DNA of 64,000 bases from the IMG/VR virus record IMGVR_UViG_3300032242_000488, positions 64,001-128,000 of that record, one strand, 5' to 3'. Position 1 is the first letter of the stretch. The number at the start of each line of letters is the position of its first letter. Shown here piece after piece: positions 1-9,787 of this stretch. A model generated the notes under the pieces. That model was not told the DNA's origin. It ran no database searches and saw only the letters and a program-made list of their open reading frames with translations. Made by a program: the position numbers and the translations under genes. This DNA comes from a virus.

Positions 1-2
1 GT

Positions 3-992
3 AATGTTACATTCAATGACGTAACAGTTAGTGGTAATTTAATTGTTAACGGCGATACTACCACACTTAATACAACAACACTGACTGTTGAAGATATTAA
101 TATTAACATTGCTAAAAATGCAACAAGTATAGGAGCGGCTGATGGGGCAGGAATTACTATTGGTAACTATGCAAACAGCCCAACTTTAACATATCTACAA
201 AGCGGTGATAAACTTGTTTTTAATAGACGAGTTGATGCTACAAGTTTTTATGGTGATTTTACAGGCAATGTGACCGGTAATGTTACAGGTAATGTAACAG
301 GTAACGTGACTAGCGTAAGCGATAATTCATTTGGAACAGCAACTATTAGCGGCGGCGATAGTAATAATTCTAGTTTGAAACTTGCAGGATACAATCAACG
401 TGGTGGTGTTGGGTTCCATGGATTTTTAGAAGTTAGAAACAACTATTCTTCTGCGGCAAATCCCAACAGATATTTCCGTTTAAATTCCGATGGTGTTTTA
501 GAAATTATCAACAGCTCATATGCCGTAACGTTATTGGCATTAGACAATGATGGCAATATGACAATCCATGGAACATTCCAATCTATTGGTAATATAACTG
601 CTCCACAATTTAACGGAGATGTAGCAGGTAATGTTATTACTACTAATATTAATACTCCAACTATAGGCGGAATACTAACTGTTCCTCCTCAAGTAAAATT
701 TAACAATTATGTTGATATTGATCAAGGACTATCAATAGCAGGCGATTATGTAGTATCAGTATCTGGATATAAAGTGGTTAGTGCCGTTGCTCCAGGATTT
801 ACAACTGCTGTTGATCTAACCAATACTAGAGCAACATTTAATGTTCCAGTACGTTTTGGTAGCTATACAACAACACAAAGAAATGCACTGACACCTACTA
901 ACGGTGATGTAATTTATTGTTCAGACAGCGGACCTGGCGGTATTGGTCAATTCTTAGGCTATGCAAACGGTGCTTGGACATCGCTAAGTTAA
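3..992 (+). CDS. Virion structural / tail fibre-like protein, 5'-truncated by the window edge
   Basis: Frame is open from position 3 (NVTFNDVTVSGNLIVNGDTTTLNTTTLTVED...) into the 270..992 ORF; GNVT repeats; C-terminal 'YTTTQRNAL..GDVIY...FLGYANGAW' motif typical of fibre proteins. Confidence 0.7.
   Translation, partial: NVTFNDVTVSGNLIVNGDTTTLNTTTLTVEDININIAKNATSIGAADGAGITIGNYANSPTLTYLQSGDKLVFNRRVDATSFYGDFTGNVTGNVTGNVTGNVTSVSDNSFGTATISGGDSNNSSLKLAGYNQRGGVGFHGFLEVRNNYSSAANPNRYFRLNSDGVLEIINSSYAVTLLALDNDGNMTIHGTFQSIGNITAPQFNGDVAGNVITTNINTPTIGGILTVPPQVKFNNYVDIDQGLSIAGDYVVSVSGYKVVSAVAPGFTTAVDLTNTRATFNVPVRFGSYTTTQRNALTPTNGDVIYCSDSGPGGIGQFLGYANGAWTSLS
264..311 (+). repeat. Tandem 12-nt coding repeat (GNVT x4)
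   Basis: ggcaatgtgacc ggtaatgttaca ggtaatgtaaca ggtaacgtgact. Confidence 0.85.
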
Positions 993-994
993 CA

Positions 995-1001
995 ATAAAT
1001 A
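995..1001 (+). promoter_or_regulatory. T4-like late promoter (ATAAATA)
   Basis: ATAAATA ~20 nt upstream of a structural gene; motif recurs in intergenic gaps before late-type genes. Confidence 0.6.
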
Positions 1002-1020
1002 CAGCATATAGGATAATAAT

Positions 1021-4000
1021 ATGCTGAATATTTGGAGCGTAAAATCTGGGTATAAATTCCCTACCTTGCAAGAAGGTACGGTTTGGAAAGATATCCACGG
1101 AGTAGATCATCGTATACCCCTACCTCTGGTCGCCGGTGCTGATTTATCCAATATAACGTTCAACGTGATTTCTGGAACTCTTCCACAAGGACTGAGACTA
1201 ATTAATCATTATATCTCAGGATCACCGTACGAGGTTATCAGAACTACAACCTCAACATTTGTTATTCGAGCAAAAAATACTGTTACAGGTGAGATATCAG
1301 ATCGAACACTATCGTTTGTAGTTGAGGGTCCAGATGCTCCTAAATGGGTTACCACTGAAGGAACACTTCCGGTCGGCGCGGTCCCTCATAGAATTGCACG
1401 TATAGTTAGTGCATCTAGATACAATAATATTGTCACACTAACCACTGACAAGGCGCACGATTTTGTATTCGATAATGAAATTTCTGTAACCACGTCATTA
1501 GTAGATATCAATAATACAAAAATAAAAATACTACGTCCTTCATTTTCTGGCGTAGAAACTCCAGACCAATACATCTATAGAGTAGCACACACTATAACAT
1601 ATAGAGATGTTGGCATTAATTTTGGTACTAGGTCTGTTAGCGGAACTATTCAATTATTAAAAGCGCCTCTAACTTTTGTACTAGACGGAACATACATCGA
1701 TTTTCAGTTGCTGGCCACTGATACTGATTTAAGAGCAGGTGACGAATTAGAATTCTTTATTGAAGAAAATAGCGGACAACTTCCTCCAGGCTTAATTTTA
1801 ACTAGGGACGGACGCATTACCGGATTTATTGACCCAATACTTTCGTTAGACATTACTGCTCGAGATGGGTCATTTGACGTTAACACCTTTGATGATTACC
1901 CTTATGATTTTGCGGTATTGCAAAATATCAGCGACCCCAACTGGCAACAGGTAGCAACGCCCAAAAAACTAAACCGATTTTATGAGTTCACAGTCAGTGT
2001 AACAGACGGTGAAACGATCACCAAGCGCACATTTAAAATATATGTAGTCGGTGATGATTTCTTGCGTACAGATAATACCATAATGAAAATTGGTGGCGGC
2101 GCATATATTTCTTATACATCCGATTCTACTTATCTGCGTAGTCCAATTTGGTTAAGTGCCGCTAACTTAGGAATCAAACGTGCCAATAACTATGTTACTG
2201 TTATACTAGATACCTTTGATCCAAATCCTGCTATTGGACCTGTAGACTATCGTTTAGAAAAATTTAATCCCGATGGTACTCCTAGCGAACTGCCTCCGGG
2301 GCTTGCACTTGATCCAACCAACAGTGAAGTGTTTGGGTTTGTTCCCTATCAGCCAGCAGTTACTATTGATTATAAATTTACCATTAGTGCTACCAAATAT
2401 GATAAAGAAAATATTGAACAAATTGAAGTTGAAATTGTCAATGCGGAAGTTGCACCAATTGGGCAAAATTATCTAAAGATTAATAAGCTGCCAACAGATG
2501 ATCAACTGTTAATCACCAATGATAATATTAGAATTGGTGCATATACATATAAAATTAAAACTTACGAAGTATTAAACAATCAAACATATGATATTATTAG
2601 ATTAGATAAACCTTTACAAAATGTAGTCATTAAAGGTTTTATAATTGCCAACACCTATTATAGAATATTGAGTCAACTGTATACGACACGTACAAGTCCA
2701 AAAACGTTTACTATGCAGGTACTTGGAGAAGTTGACAGTGTAATTAAATTCTTGACTCCTGCTAATTTAGGATCAGTTAGAGCAAACTTATCAAGTCAAT
2801 TGGAAATAAAAGCAGTAACCACTGTAGTTGGTGCTGTACTTACCTATAGACTAGTAGGTGGAATATTGCCACCAGGTGTTGAACTAAGTGCCAACGGAGA
2901 ACTGATTGGCCGAGTTACACAATTTGGAAATATTGTTTATAGAAGTTTTTGGAAAAGCGGCAAGCAATATAAAATTAATGATGTTGTAAAATATCAGGAT
3001 CAATTGTACAAAGCTAACTTTGCACATACTAGCGGCACACCGTTTAATATTGACTATTGGGACAAATATACATTTAGAAACAATGTTACCGGTCTTACTA
3101 CCTATGACAGTAGAACTACTACATTTGACGGAAGACAGGGAACTCAAGATCGTTCTTATAAATTTACAGTATTGGCTCAAGATCAATTCAAATACAGTGC
3201 AATAGCTGGAACCTTTACTGTATTTGTTGCTGACCCTGATGTCAAACTTTTTAGTAATGTCTATGTTAAACCATTCCCTACATTGGCCAAGCGAGCAAAA
3301 TTTTATACCTTTATTAATGATCTAGATATTTTTACTGAAAGTAAAATATATCGCGCCAGTGATCCTAATTACGGTGTACAAAAAGAATTAAAAATGTTAA
3401 TCTATGCAGGCATAGAAACTTTAGAAATTAAAAACTATGTGCCAGCACTAACATTGAACACTAAACGTAAACGCTTCCGTATTGGAAGTCCAAAGAAAGC
3501 CATTGCAAGACTGCAGGGATCAAATGAAACTATATATGAAGTAATTTATCTTGAAATTTTTGACGAGTACGAAATTGGGAAAATCAGTGCGGCGCCGGCA
3601 ATAAAATTATCTTATTCCAATCGTTCTAAGATTAATGTTAATCAAACAGATATCAACCCAGTCAACGGTCGATTAGATTTAAACAACAATAAAATACGCG
3701 ATAAATTAAACGAAGATGCAGTAGAGCGACTACGTAGTAATAAAGATGTTATGCGAGCAGATAATACTGGGGTTAATGCTAGCGGTAGAGATTTAGAATT
3801 AGTATATCCATCTAGTGTTAGCAATATTAGACGTAACATAAAAACGCTAATTGTCGGAGATAGTCCTAGACAAATTGACACAGAAAACAGCTTTTTGCCG
3901 CCGTGGATGGTGACTCCGCAGGATTCAAAAACTCCTGCTACAGGATATATAAAAGCAGTGCCGCTATGCTACTGCAAGCCCGGCGAAGCGGACTACATTT

Positions 4001-4134
4001 TACAAAATATAACACATAGCGGATTTGATTTTACTAGCTTAGACTTTGAAATTGATAGATTTATCATTGATGCAATTTCTGGAAATAACCAAGATCAGTA
4101 TTTGAAAATTCCTAATTACAAGTTTAATGTATGA
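1021..4134 (+). CDS. Large virion/baseplate protein with putative Ig-like repeats and a CBM5/12-like module
   Basis: Repeated 'G.LP.GL.L...G.I.G' Ig-type motifs; 'WKSGKQYKINDVVKYQDQLYKA' carbohydrate-binding-like module. Confidence 0.7.
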   Translation: MLNIWSVKSGYKFPTLQEGTVWKDIHGVDHRIPLPLVAGADLSNITFNVISGTLPQGLRLINHYISGSPYEVIRTTTSTFVIRAKNTVTGEISDRTLSFVVEGPDAPKWVTTEGTLPVGAVPHRIARIVSASRYNNIVTLTTDKAHDFVFDNEISVTTSLVDINNTKIKILRPSFSGVETPDQYIYRVAHTITYRDVGINFGTRSVSGTIQLLKAPLTFVLDGTYIDFQLLATDTDLRAGDELEFFIEENSGQLPPGLILTRDGRITGFIDPILSLDITARDGSFDVNTFDDYPYDFAVLQNISDPNWQQVATPKKLNRFYEFTVSVTDGETITKRTFKIYVVGDDFLRTDNTIMKIGGGAYISYTSDSTYLRSPIWLSAANLGIKRANNYVTVILDTFDPNPAIGPVDYRLEKFNPDGTPSELPPGLALDPTNSEVFGFVPYQPAVTIDYKFTISATKYDKENIEQIEVEIVNAEVAPIGQNYLKINKLPTDDQLLITNDNIRIGAYTYKIKTYEVLNNQTYDIIRLDKPLQNVVIKGFIIANTYYRILSQLYTTRTSPKTFTMQVLGEVDSVIKFLTPANLGSVRANLSSQLEIKAVTTVVGAVLTYRLVGGILPPGVELSANGELIGRVTQFGNIVYRSFWKSGKQYKINDVVKYQDQLYKANFAHTSGTPFNIDYWDKYTFRNNVTGLTTYDSRTTTFDGRQGTQDRSYKFTVLAQDQFKYSAIAGTFTVFVADPDVKLFSNVYVKPFPTLAKRAKFYTFINDLDIFTESKIYRASDPNYGVQKELKMLIYAGIETLEIKNYVPALTLNTKRKRFRIGSPKKAIARLQGSNETIYEVIYLEIFDEYEIGKISAAPAIKLSYSNRSKINVNQTDINPVNGRLDLNNNKIRDKLNEDAVERLRSNKDVMRADNTGVNASGRDLELVYPSSVSNIRRNIKTLIVGDSPRQIDTENSFLPPWMVTPQDSKTPATGYIKAVPLCYCKPGEADYILQNITHSGFDFTSLDFEIDRFIIDAISGNNQDQYLKIPNYKFNV

Positions 4135-4140
4135 TAAATA
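4134..4140 (+). promoter_or_regulatory. T4-like late promoter (ATAAATA)
   Basis: ATAAATA directly upstream of the 4162 ORF. Confidence 0.6.
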
Positions 4141-4161
4141 CATAATCAAGGATACTATAAC

Positions 4162-5172
4162 ATGGCTACAATGAGAAATTTAGATATTGACCAGGACTTT
4201 CCAGTTGCTGGGCAAGATAACGAAAGTCAAGGATTTAGAGATAACTTTAATGCAATTAAAGAATCGCTAACCTACGTTAACGAAAAAGTTTTTGAAACCG
4301 GTGGGCTAACTGAAACTACTGTAAAGTTAGGTGAAAGAAATCAATTTGACATTAATGCTAGTTTAGAAACTGTTAAACTATTAGGTACTTCAGAAACTAC
4401 TGTTAAAAGTGGTCAAGCTATTATATTGACCAGCGGACAAGAATTAAATTATTCAGCTGGGTCATATCATTCTATTCTATTAACATCCAGCACCAGTCTA
4501 GATGTAACTGGTTTTCCTATGCCAGATGGTACAGAAGACGGCCGCTATGCCAAAATGAGACTTGATGCTACATTGAGTACCTTTAATGTAACTACATCAG
4601 GTTCGTTTATTGTAGGTAATGTCTATACTATTTTTGCTTTGGGCAACACAGACTTTACAGCTATTGGTGCTACTGACAATATTGTAGGCACAACATTTAA
4701 AGCTACAGGTGTTGGCGCAGGAACTGGCACAGCTAAAGAAGCAAGAACACTAAGTTTTACAAACTCAGTAGCAGGTGGTACAATCAAATATGCGGGCAAC
4801 TGGCCAACAACATTGTATGTTACCAGCGAAACAAATCCTGTAGTTGTTGAATTTTGGTCTTATGACGGCGGTGAAGTAGTCTATGCTCAATACATAGGGC
4901 AATTTGGTCAAACTGTTAGAGATACTGCCGTAGTAAATTTAACTGTTACAGGTAGCACTACTCTAGGTGACGCTGTTACAGACAAGGTGGTATTTAAAGG
5001 TATACCAAAACTACCGTTAGTAGACGGAGTTACACTTTCTGGTCTAACTCCAGAAGTGGGTATGATGATTTTTAATACTACAACCAAGCGTGTTCAATCA
5101 TATGTTCCAGATACAGGACTTGCTCAAGGTAACAATGCATCAGGTACTGCTGGATGGGTTAATATCAGCTAA
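4162..5172 (+). CDS. Virion structural protein (baseplate/fibre associated)
   Basis: N-terminal 'FPVAGQDNESQGFRDNF' motif; T/G-rich beta content; late promoter. Confidence 0.6.
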   Translation: MATMRNLDIDQDFPVAGQDNESQGFRDNFNAIKESLTYVNEKVFETGGLTETTVKLGERNQFDINASLETVKLLGTSETTVKSGQAIILTSGQELNYSAGSYHSILLTSSTSLDVTGFPMPDGTEDGRYAKMRLDATLSTFNVTTSGSFIVGNVYTIFALGNTDFTAIGATDNIVGTTFKATGVGAGTGTAKEARTLSFTNSVAGGTIKYAGNWPTTLYVTSETNPVVVEFWSYDGGEVVYAQYIGQFGQTVRDTAVVNLTVTGSTTLGDAVTDKVVFKGIPKLPLVDGVTLSGLTPEVGMMIFNTTTKRVQSYVPDTGLAQGNNASGTAGWVNIS

Positions 5173-5405
5173 TGTTACATCCACTGTCGCCCGACTTGTC
5201 AAAGCTAAAAGATAACGAGCTTGAGAATAAACTTCAAGAGCTTAGTAAGCGTTATTTTCAAACTAGCAATGCAAATATTCAACAACAACTGATCATGTTG
5301 ATTGATGGATATAAAGAAGAATTGGCGAACCGCAGAGCCAGAATGTGGCAAGAACAATATCAAAAACGCGATACAGATCTTGACAGTTTAATAAAAGTCA
5401 GTTAA
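5172..5405 (+). CDS. Hypothetical protein (helical/coiled-coil)
   Basis: 77-aa ORF, TAATG-coupled to the upstream gene. Confidence 0.6.
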   Translation: MLHPLSPDLSKLKDNELENKLQELSKRYFQTSNANIQQQLIMLIDGYKEELANRRARMWQEQYQKRDTDLDSLIKVS

Positions 5406-5408
5406 AAT
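5380..5408 (+). promoter_or_regulatory. Sigma70-type promoter TTGACA-N17-TAAAAT
   Basis: Near-consensus -35/-10 upstream of the mini-DnaE ORF. Confidence 0.6.
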
Positions 5409-5414
5409 AACTGA

Positions 5415-5933
5415 ATGCATACTGACCTTCTAGGAATACCCATCTATTCTAAATCTGATATACTTGATATTATCTATCAAGGAAAGTTGGATGTCTTAAA
5501 CACAATCCTAGTTGACATTGAAAATGCTGAATTTGATAAATTCAATTTGGCCGCAAGAGAAGCAGGCGGCACAGAATTAAAAAAATACTACCCACTAGAT
5601 ATTAGCATAGAAGAATTTGATCAATCTCTTCAAGAAAATTGGTTAATGCCCGATGAATATAAAAATATGGACATTGCTAAATGGGTGCTGGATAAATGCT
5701 CTACGCAAGATCAATTACAGCGTGTTGGAGCAGAACTATTAGAATTCCAAAAACGCAATATGATGCCGTTGTTAAAATGGATGAAGTATTTTGTCGATAC
5801 CTGTAGGGCTAATAAGGTAGTATGGGGTGTGGGTAGAGGTAGCTCTGTAGCTAGTTATGTGTTATACTTAATAGGCGTTCATCGCATAGATAGTATGAAA
5901 TATAATTTAGACTGGCAGGAATTTCTGAGATAA
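5415..5933 (+). CDS. DNA polymerase III alpha (DnaE)-like fragment, 172 aa
   Basis: 'WGVGRGSSVASYVLYLIGVHRIDSMKYNL..EFL' matches the DnaE GRGS(A)AGSLV.Y.LGIT..DP..Y.L.FERFL region; ends before the PDID motif. Confidence 0.75.
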   Translation: MHTDLLGIPIYSKSDILDIIYQGKLDVLNTILVDIENAEFDKFNLAAREAGGTELKKYYPLDISIEEFDQSLQENWLMPDEYKNMDIAKWVLDKCSTQDQLQRVGAELLEFQKRNMMPLLKWMKYFVDTCRANKVVWGVGRGSSVASYVLYLIGVHRIDSMKYNLDWQEFLR

Positions 5934-5960
5934 GTAATACTATAATAGGAGGCTAGTAAA

Positions 5961-6191
5961 ATGGCACAAAAACCGCAAGCAAAGAAAGTATACCGTACAG
6001 CAAACGGCCGTGTAGTAGATATGGATCTACTGCGTCAAAAAAACGAACTAACGCCCGCAGTTGGCAATAGTCGTGTTAATGCTAGGGGCGACGAATTAGG
6101 ACCAGGTGGTAAAATTGTCCGTAGTAGAGAAGAAATTTTAAAAGACTTTTATGCATCAGCAGAAGCTGAAGCAGCCAAATCAAAGGAATAA
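5961..6191 (+). CDS. Hypothetical protein
   Basis: AGGAGG Shine-Dalgarno; 76-aa ORF. Confidence 0.65.
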   Translation: MAQKPQAKKVYRTANGRVVDMDLLRQKNELTPAVGNSRVNARGDELGPGGKIVRSREEILKDFYASAEAEAAKSKE

Positions 6192-6193
6192 CA

Positions 6194-6592
6194 GTGAACG
6201 TCAACGCAGTAAAAGGTAAAATTATACCGCTAGGTGATAAAATATTTGTTCATAACATGAACTTTGGCGAGCAAGTGACTACCGGCGGCATCGTATTAAT
6301 GAGTGATGATGCCAAGGATCACGGCATCCATGCTAGGTGGGCTCAGGTCTGGGCAGTTGGTAAGGATCATGCAGAAGAGTTTAATGTAGGTGATTGGATC
6401 TTAATTGAACACGGTCGCTGGACTAGAGGCATTCCATATGAGTATGAAGATGGTACAGAAACTACTATTCGTATGGTGGAAAACAAATCTATCATTATGT
6501 GGGATACTGAACAGCCTAAAGATGCAATCATTGGTCGTTTAGACGGTGGCGGCCCTCCTCCAACAGTTAGCCCAGATGAGTTTTTAAGATGA
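6194..6592 (+). CDS. groES: GroES-like co-chaperonin
   Basis: 'IPLGDKIFV...TTGGIVL...V.AVG...VGD.IL' Cpn10 signature. Confidence 0.8.
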   Translation: MNVNAVKGKIIPLGDKIFVHNMNFGEQVTTGGIVLMSDDAKDHGIHARWAQVWAVGKDHAEEFNVGDWILIEHGRWTRGIPYEYEDGTETTIRMVENKSIIMWDTEQPKDAIIGRLDGGGPPPTVSPDEFLR

Positions 6593-6954
6593 CAAATCCA
6601 TTCCGCGATCAAGAAAAATTTATGAAAGCCTGTGATCAAACCGCAGGCGGAGAATTTGACCAAGCGCAGTTTAAAATGTATCTAGGTCTTATTGACGAAG
6701 AATATAAAGAACTCCAAGTTGCTGTTGACGATAACGATCAGTTAGAAACACTTGATGCTCTTATTGATATTCTTGTTGTTACCATTGGCGCGATCCATAG
6801 TATGGGCAGTGATGCTGAAGGTGCTTGGAAAGAAGTTATGCAGACTAATTTTAATAAAATTGACAAAGAAACTGGTAAAGTTCGTAAACGTGAAGATGGT
6901 AAAGTACTCAAGCCAATTGGGTGGACACCTCCAGATTTAAAACCATTTGTATAA
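6589..6954 (+). CDS. MazG-like NTP pyrophosphohydrolase
   Basis: 'LIDEEYKEL...ETLDALIDILVV...N..K...REDGKVLKP.GW.PP' all-alpha NTP-PPase motifs. Confidence 0.8.
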   Translation: MTNPFRDQEKFMKACDQTAGGEFDQAQFKMYLGLIDEEYKELQVAVDDNDQLETLDALIDILVVTIGAIHSMGSDAEGAWKEVMQTNFNKIDKETGKVRKREDGKVLKPIGWTPPDLKPFV

Positions 6955-6956
6955 AA

Positions 6957-7088
6957 ATGTATAGAGTAAAATATTACAGATATGAAACATTACATTCCAA
7001 ATATTTTGAAACACTACACGAAGCAGTGATGTTTTCTGTATACAGTGTTCGGAATGGTAATGTCTACGGAATAGATCTAATCAAATAG
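6957..7088 (+). CDS. Small hypothetical protein (43 aa, not in ORF track)
   Basis: MYRVKYYRYETLHSKYF...GIDLIK fills the gap between MazG and the terminator. Confidence 0.45.
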   Translation: MYRVKYYRYETLHSKYFETLHEAVMFSVYSVRNGNVYGIDLIK

Positions 7089-7096
7089 ATAACACC

Positions 7097-7121
7097 AAAG
7101 GGTCTTGACAGACCCTTTTTT
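7097..7121 (+). terminator. Intrinsic terminator hairpin whose loop is a -35 box
   Basis: AAAGGGTC-TTGACA-GACCCTTTTTT. Confidence 0.7.
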
Positions 7122-7133
7122 AACCTCTATAAT
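7105..7133 (+). promoter_or_regulatory. Sigma70-type promoter TTGACA-N17-TATAAT
   Basis: Perfect consensus -35 (7105-7110) and -10 (7128-7133). Confidence 0.8.
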
Positions 7134-7158
7134 AGCAGTATATGCCAAGAGGAAAAAT

Positions 7159-7314
7159 ATGAAATGTAATACTTGCAACCAGCAGTACAGCGTTACCTGT
7201 GATTGGAATCAAGGAAGATGTCCACATCACCCTCCAATTATTAATCCACATAGTATGAGATTTTATAATCTGTTACAATTTATCAAGAGCATTTTTAAAG
7301 GACGATTACCATGA
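7159..7314 (+). CDS. Small Cys-rich hypothetical protein
   Basis: GAGG SD then MKCNTC...C...CPHH; start reassigned to 7159. Confidence 0.55.
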   Translation: MKCNTCNQQYSVTCDWNQGRCPHHPPIINPHSMRFYNLLQFIKSIFKGRLP

Positions 7315-7562
7315 CTGACAACGAACAAAATATAGAAATAATGAAAGACCTTAGAAATAGACTAGACAAGGTACTTGACAATACACCAGCAGAAACATCA
7401 ACTGTTAAGCATCCAGATGCTAAAAAGCATTTATACGTTAGCCTTGTAAAAAGTTTTATTCGCATAGGTGCAGGTTGCTGGTTAATGTCAGGCAACTTGC
7501 TAATGGCCGGTGTTTGTCTTATTCTAGCAGAAGTGTTAGGCGTTGTTGAGGAATTAGTATGA
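7311..7562 (+). CDS. Small membrane protein
   Basis: C-terminal hydrophobic hairpin; ATGA overlaps with both neighbours. Confidence 0.6.
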   Translation: MTDNEQNIEIMKDLRNRLDKVLDNTPAETSTVKHPDAKKHLYVSLVKSFIRIGAGCWLMSGNLLMAGVCLILAEVLGVVEELV

Positions 7563-8479
7563 AAGAGTTGTGGGTAGAAAAATATCGTCCTAAGACCGTA
7601 GAAGGTTATGTTTTTAAAGATGATACTCTTAAAGAACAAATTAACAAGTGGATTAAGGACGGATCGATTCCGCATATCATGTTAAGTGGTAATGCTGGTA
7701 CTGGTAAAACCACATTGGCAAAATTGTTGTTAAATGAAATCGGTGTACAGGATACTGACATCTTAGTCGCCAACGGTAGTAAAGAAGGTCGTAAGATTGA
7801 ATGGGTTGACAAGCTAATTGGTTTTTGTCAAACTATGCCCTTTGGTGATTTTAAAGTCGTGCTTATTGACGAAGCAGATTACATGAACAAAGATTCTGTA
7901 CAGCCAGCACTTCGTAATCTAATGGAAGACTATTCAAACAGTGTTCGATTTATCTTTACCTGTAACTATCCACACAGGATTATTACTCCTGTAAAAAGTC
8001 GGTGTCAAGAAATTAAGATTGAACGTACTGACTTAACAGAGTTTACTGCCCGTGTTGCTACTATTCTAGTTGAAGAAGGCATTAACTTTGATTTAGATAC
8101 ACTAGACACGTTTGTACAAGGCACATATCCAGACCTGCGTAAGTGTATTAACAATGTGCAAATGAACAGTACTAACGGTGCTTTAACAGTTCCAGAAGTA
8201 GTTGACGGTGCAGGGGACTATCGTGTTGAGATGGTAGACCTGTTTAAGAAGGGCAAGATTAGCGAAGCACGTAAACTGCTATGCTCACAAGCTCGTCCAG
8301 AAGAAATGGAAGAAATCTATCGTTGGATGTATGACAATATTGCTATGTTTGGTGACTCTGAAGAAAAACAAGATAGTGCTATCCTTATCATCAAGCAAGG
8401 TCTAGTAGATAATGCATCAGTCGCAGACCAAGAAATTAATCTAGCGGCAACTTTAATTAGGCTTGCGAGGTTGCAATGA
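7559..8479 (+). CDS. Clamp loader AAA+ subunit (T4 gp44/RFC small subunit-like)
   Basis: 'LWVEKYRP', Walker A GNAGTGKT, 'IDEAD', 'SRC' motif. Confidence 0.92.
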   Translation: MKELWVEKYRPKTVEGYVFKDDTLKEQINKWIKDGSIPHIMLSGNAGTGKTTLAKLLLNEIGVQDTDILVANGSKEGRKIEWVDKLIGFCQTMPFGDFKVVLIDEADYMNKDSVQPALRNLMEDYSNSVRFIFTCNYPHRIITPVKSRCQEIKIERTDLTEFTARVATILVEEGINFDLDTLDTFVQGTYPDLRKCINNVQMNSTNGALTVPEVVDGAGDYRVEMVDLFKKGKISEARKLLCSQARPEEMEEIYRWMYDNIAMFGDSEEKQDSAILIIKQGLVDNASVADQEINLAATLIRLARLQ

Positions 8480-8799
8480 CCTATCTAGTAACAGAAAATT
8501 GTATCAAATGCAAACATACTGATTGTGTAAGTGTTTGTCCAGTTGACTGCTTTTATGAAGGACCAAATTTTCTAGCAATCAATCCCGACGAATGTATTGA
8601 TTGCGGAGTATGCGTTACAGAATGTCCTGTCGATGCTATTGTAGCAGATAGTAATGTTAATGTTGATATAGAATTTTGGCTTGAGCTTAATACTCGACTA
8701 AGTAAAAAATGGCCAGTTATTACAAAACAAAAACATGCACTACCCGATGCAGATAACTGGAAGGATGTTCCGGATAAAATAAAACTATTAGAGGAATAA
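8476..8799 (+). CDS. fdxA: 7Fe ferredoxin (FdxA type)
   Basis: [18 protein letters not shown] and [12 protein letters not shown] cluster motifs with the FdxA-like C-terminal tail. Confidence 0.9.
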   Translation: MTYLVTENCIKCKHTDCVSVCPVDCFYEGPNFLAINPDECIDCGVCVTECPVDAIVADSNVNVDIEFWLELNTRLSKKWPVITKQKHALPDADNWKDVPDKIKLLEE

Positions 8800-8800
8800 A

Positions 8801-9595
8801 ATGACACAACGTATTTTAATTATGGGATTACCAGGCTCAGGTAAAACTTACCTAGCACAGCACATTGTAGATCATCTACAAGCAGATAAGAAAAAAGTTG
8901 GTTGGTTAAACGCCGACGATGTGCGTAAAAAGTATGATGATTGGGATTTTAGCGAAGCTGGACGTATTCGTCAAAGCAAACGTATGCGTGAACTAGCAGA
9001 TGCAATGACCGATATGGATTATGTAATCTGTGACTTTGTTGCGCCCTTAGTTGAGATGCGTAATAACTTTAAAGCAGACTGGACTATCTGGGTTGATACT
9101 ATCCGTGAAGGACGATACGCTGATACAAATGCTATGTTTATTGAGCCAGAAGTTTATGACTTCCGTGTTACTGTACAGAAAGCAGAAACATGGGGTGAGT
9201 TTATTGCAGGACATATTTTAGACAATCGCCGTCGTCCTACATTTGATTGGAAGAAAGAAACTGTACAGATGCTTGGGCGTTGGCAACCATGGCATGACGG
9301 ACATCGTGCATTGTTTGAAAAACTGTTGGCCCGTACAGGACAAGTTATTATTCAAGTGCGTGATGTACAAGGATGGCAGGGAAGTAATCCGTTTGAAGTA
9401 GAAAAAGTCAAGAGTTTTATCAAACGTGATTTAGATCCATTGTACCAAGGTCAATATGAAATCCAAGTTGTTCCTAACATTGTACATATTGGGTGGGGGC
9501 GCGGTGTAGGCTATACTGCTGGCGAAGAAACGTTTGATGAATCTATTACCAATATTAGTGCTACACAAATTCGTAAAGAATTAGGATTAAAATGA
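8801..9595 (+). CDS. Adenylylsulfate kinase-like P-loop domain fused to an HxGH nucleotidyltransferase domain
   Basis: GLPGSGKT, 'LNADDVR', 'DFSEAGR' (CysC-like); C-terminal 'LGRWQPWHDGH'. Confidence 0.7.
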   Translation: MTQRILIMGLPGSGKTYLAQHIVDHLQADKKKVGWLNADDVRKKYDDWDFSEAGRIRQSKRMRELADAMTDMDYVICDFVAPLVEMRNNFKADWTIWVDTIREGRYADTNAMFIEPEVYDFRVTVQKAETWGEFIAGHILDNRRRPTFDWKKETVQMLGRWQPWHDGHRALFEKLLARTGQVIIQVRDVQGWQGSNPFEVEKVKSFIKRDLDPLYQGQYEIQVVPNIVHIGWGRGVGYTAGEETFDESITNISATQIRKELGLK

Positions 9596-9777
9596 GAACA
9601 ATATTAAAAACGTTATCCTGGAGAGTCATTGGCTCTACTTCAACGTTTTTAATCAGCTATCTAATAACAGGGCAGGCATTTATTGCCACTAGTATTGCAA
9701 TTATGCAAATGATAGTGAACACCGTGTTATATTACATACACGAATTAGTTTGGAACAGAGTAAAAAAGGGCCACTAG
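9592..9777 (+). CDS. DUF2061-like small membrane protein
   Basis: 'KTLSWRVI...LYYIHELVW' pattern. Confidence 0.7.
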   Translation: MRTILKTLSWRVIGSTSTFLISYLITGQAFIATSIAIMQMIVNTVLYYIHELVWNRVKKGH

Positions 9778-9787
9778 GGCCCTTTTT
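9763..9787. terminator. Bidirectional intrinsic terminator
   Basis: AAAAAGGGCC-ACTAG-GGCCCTTTTT between convergent genes. Confidence 0.8.
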
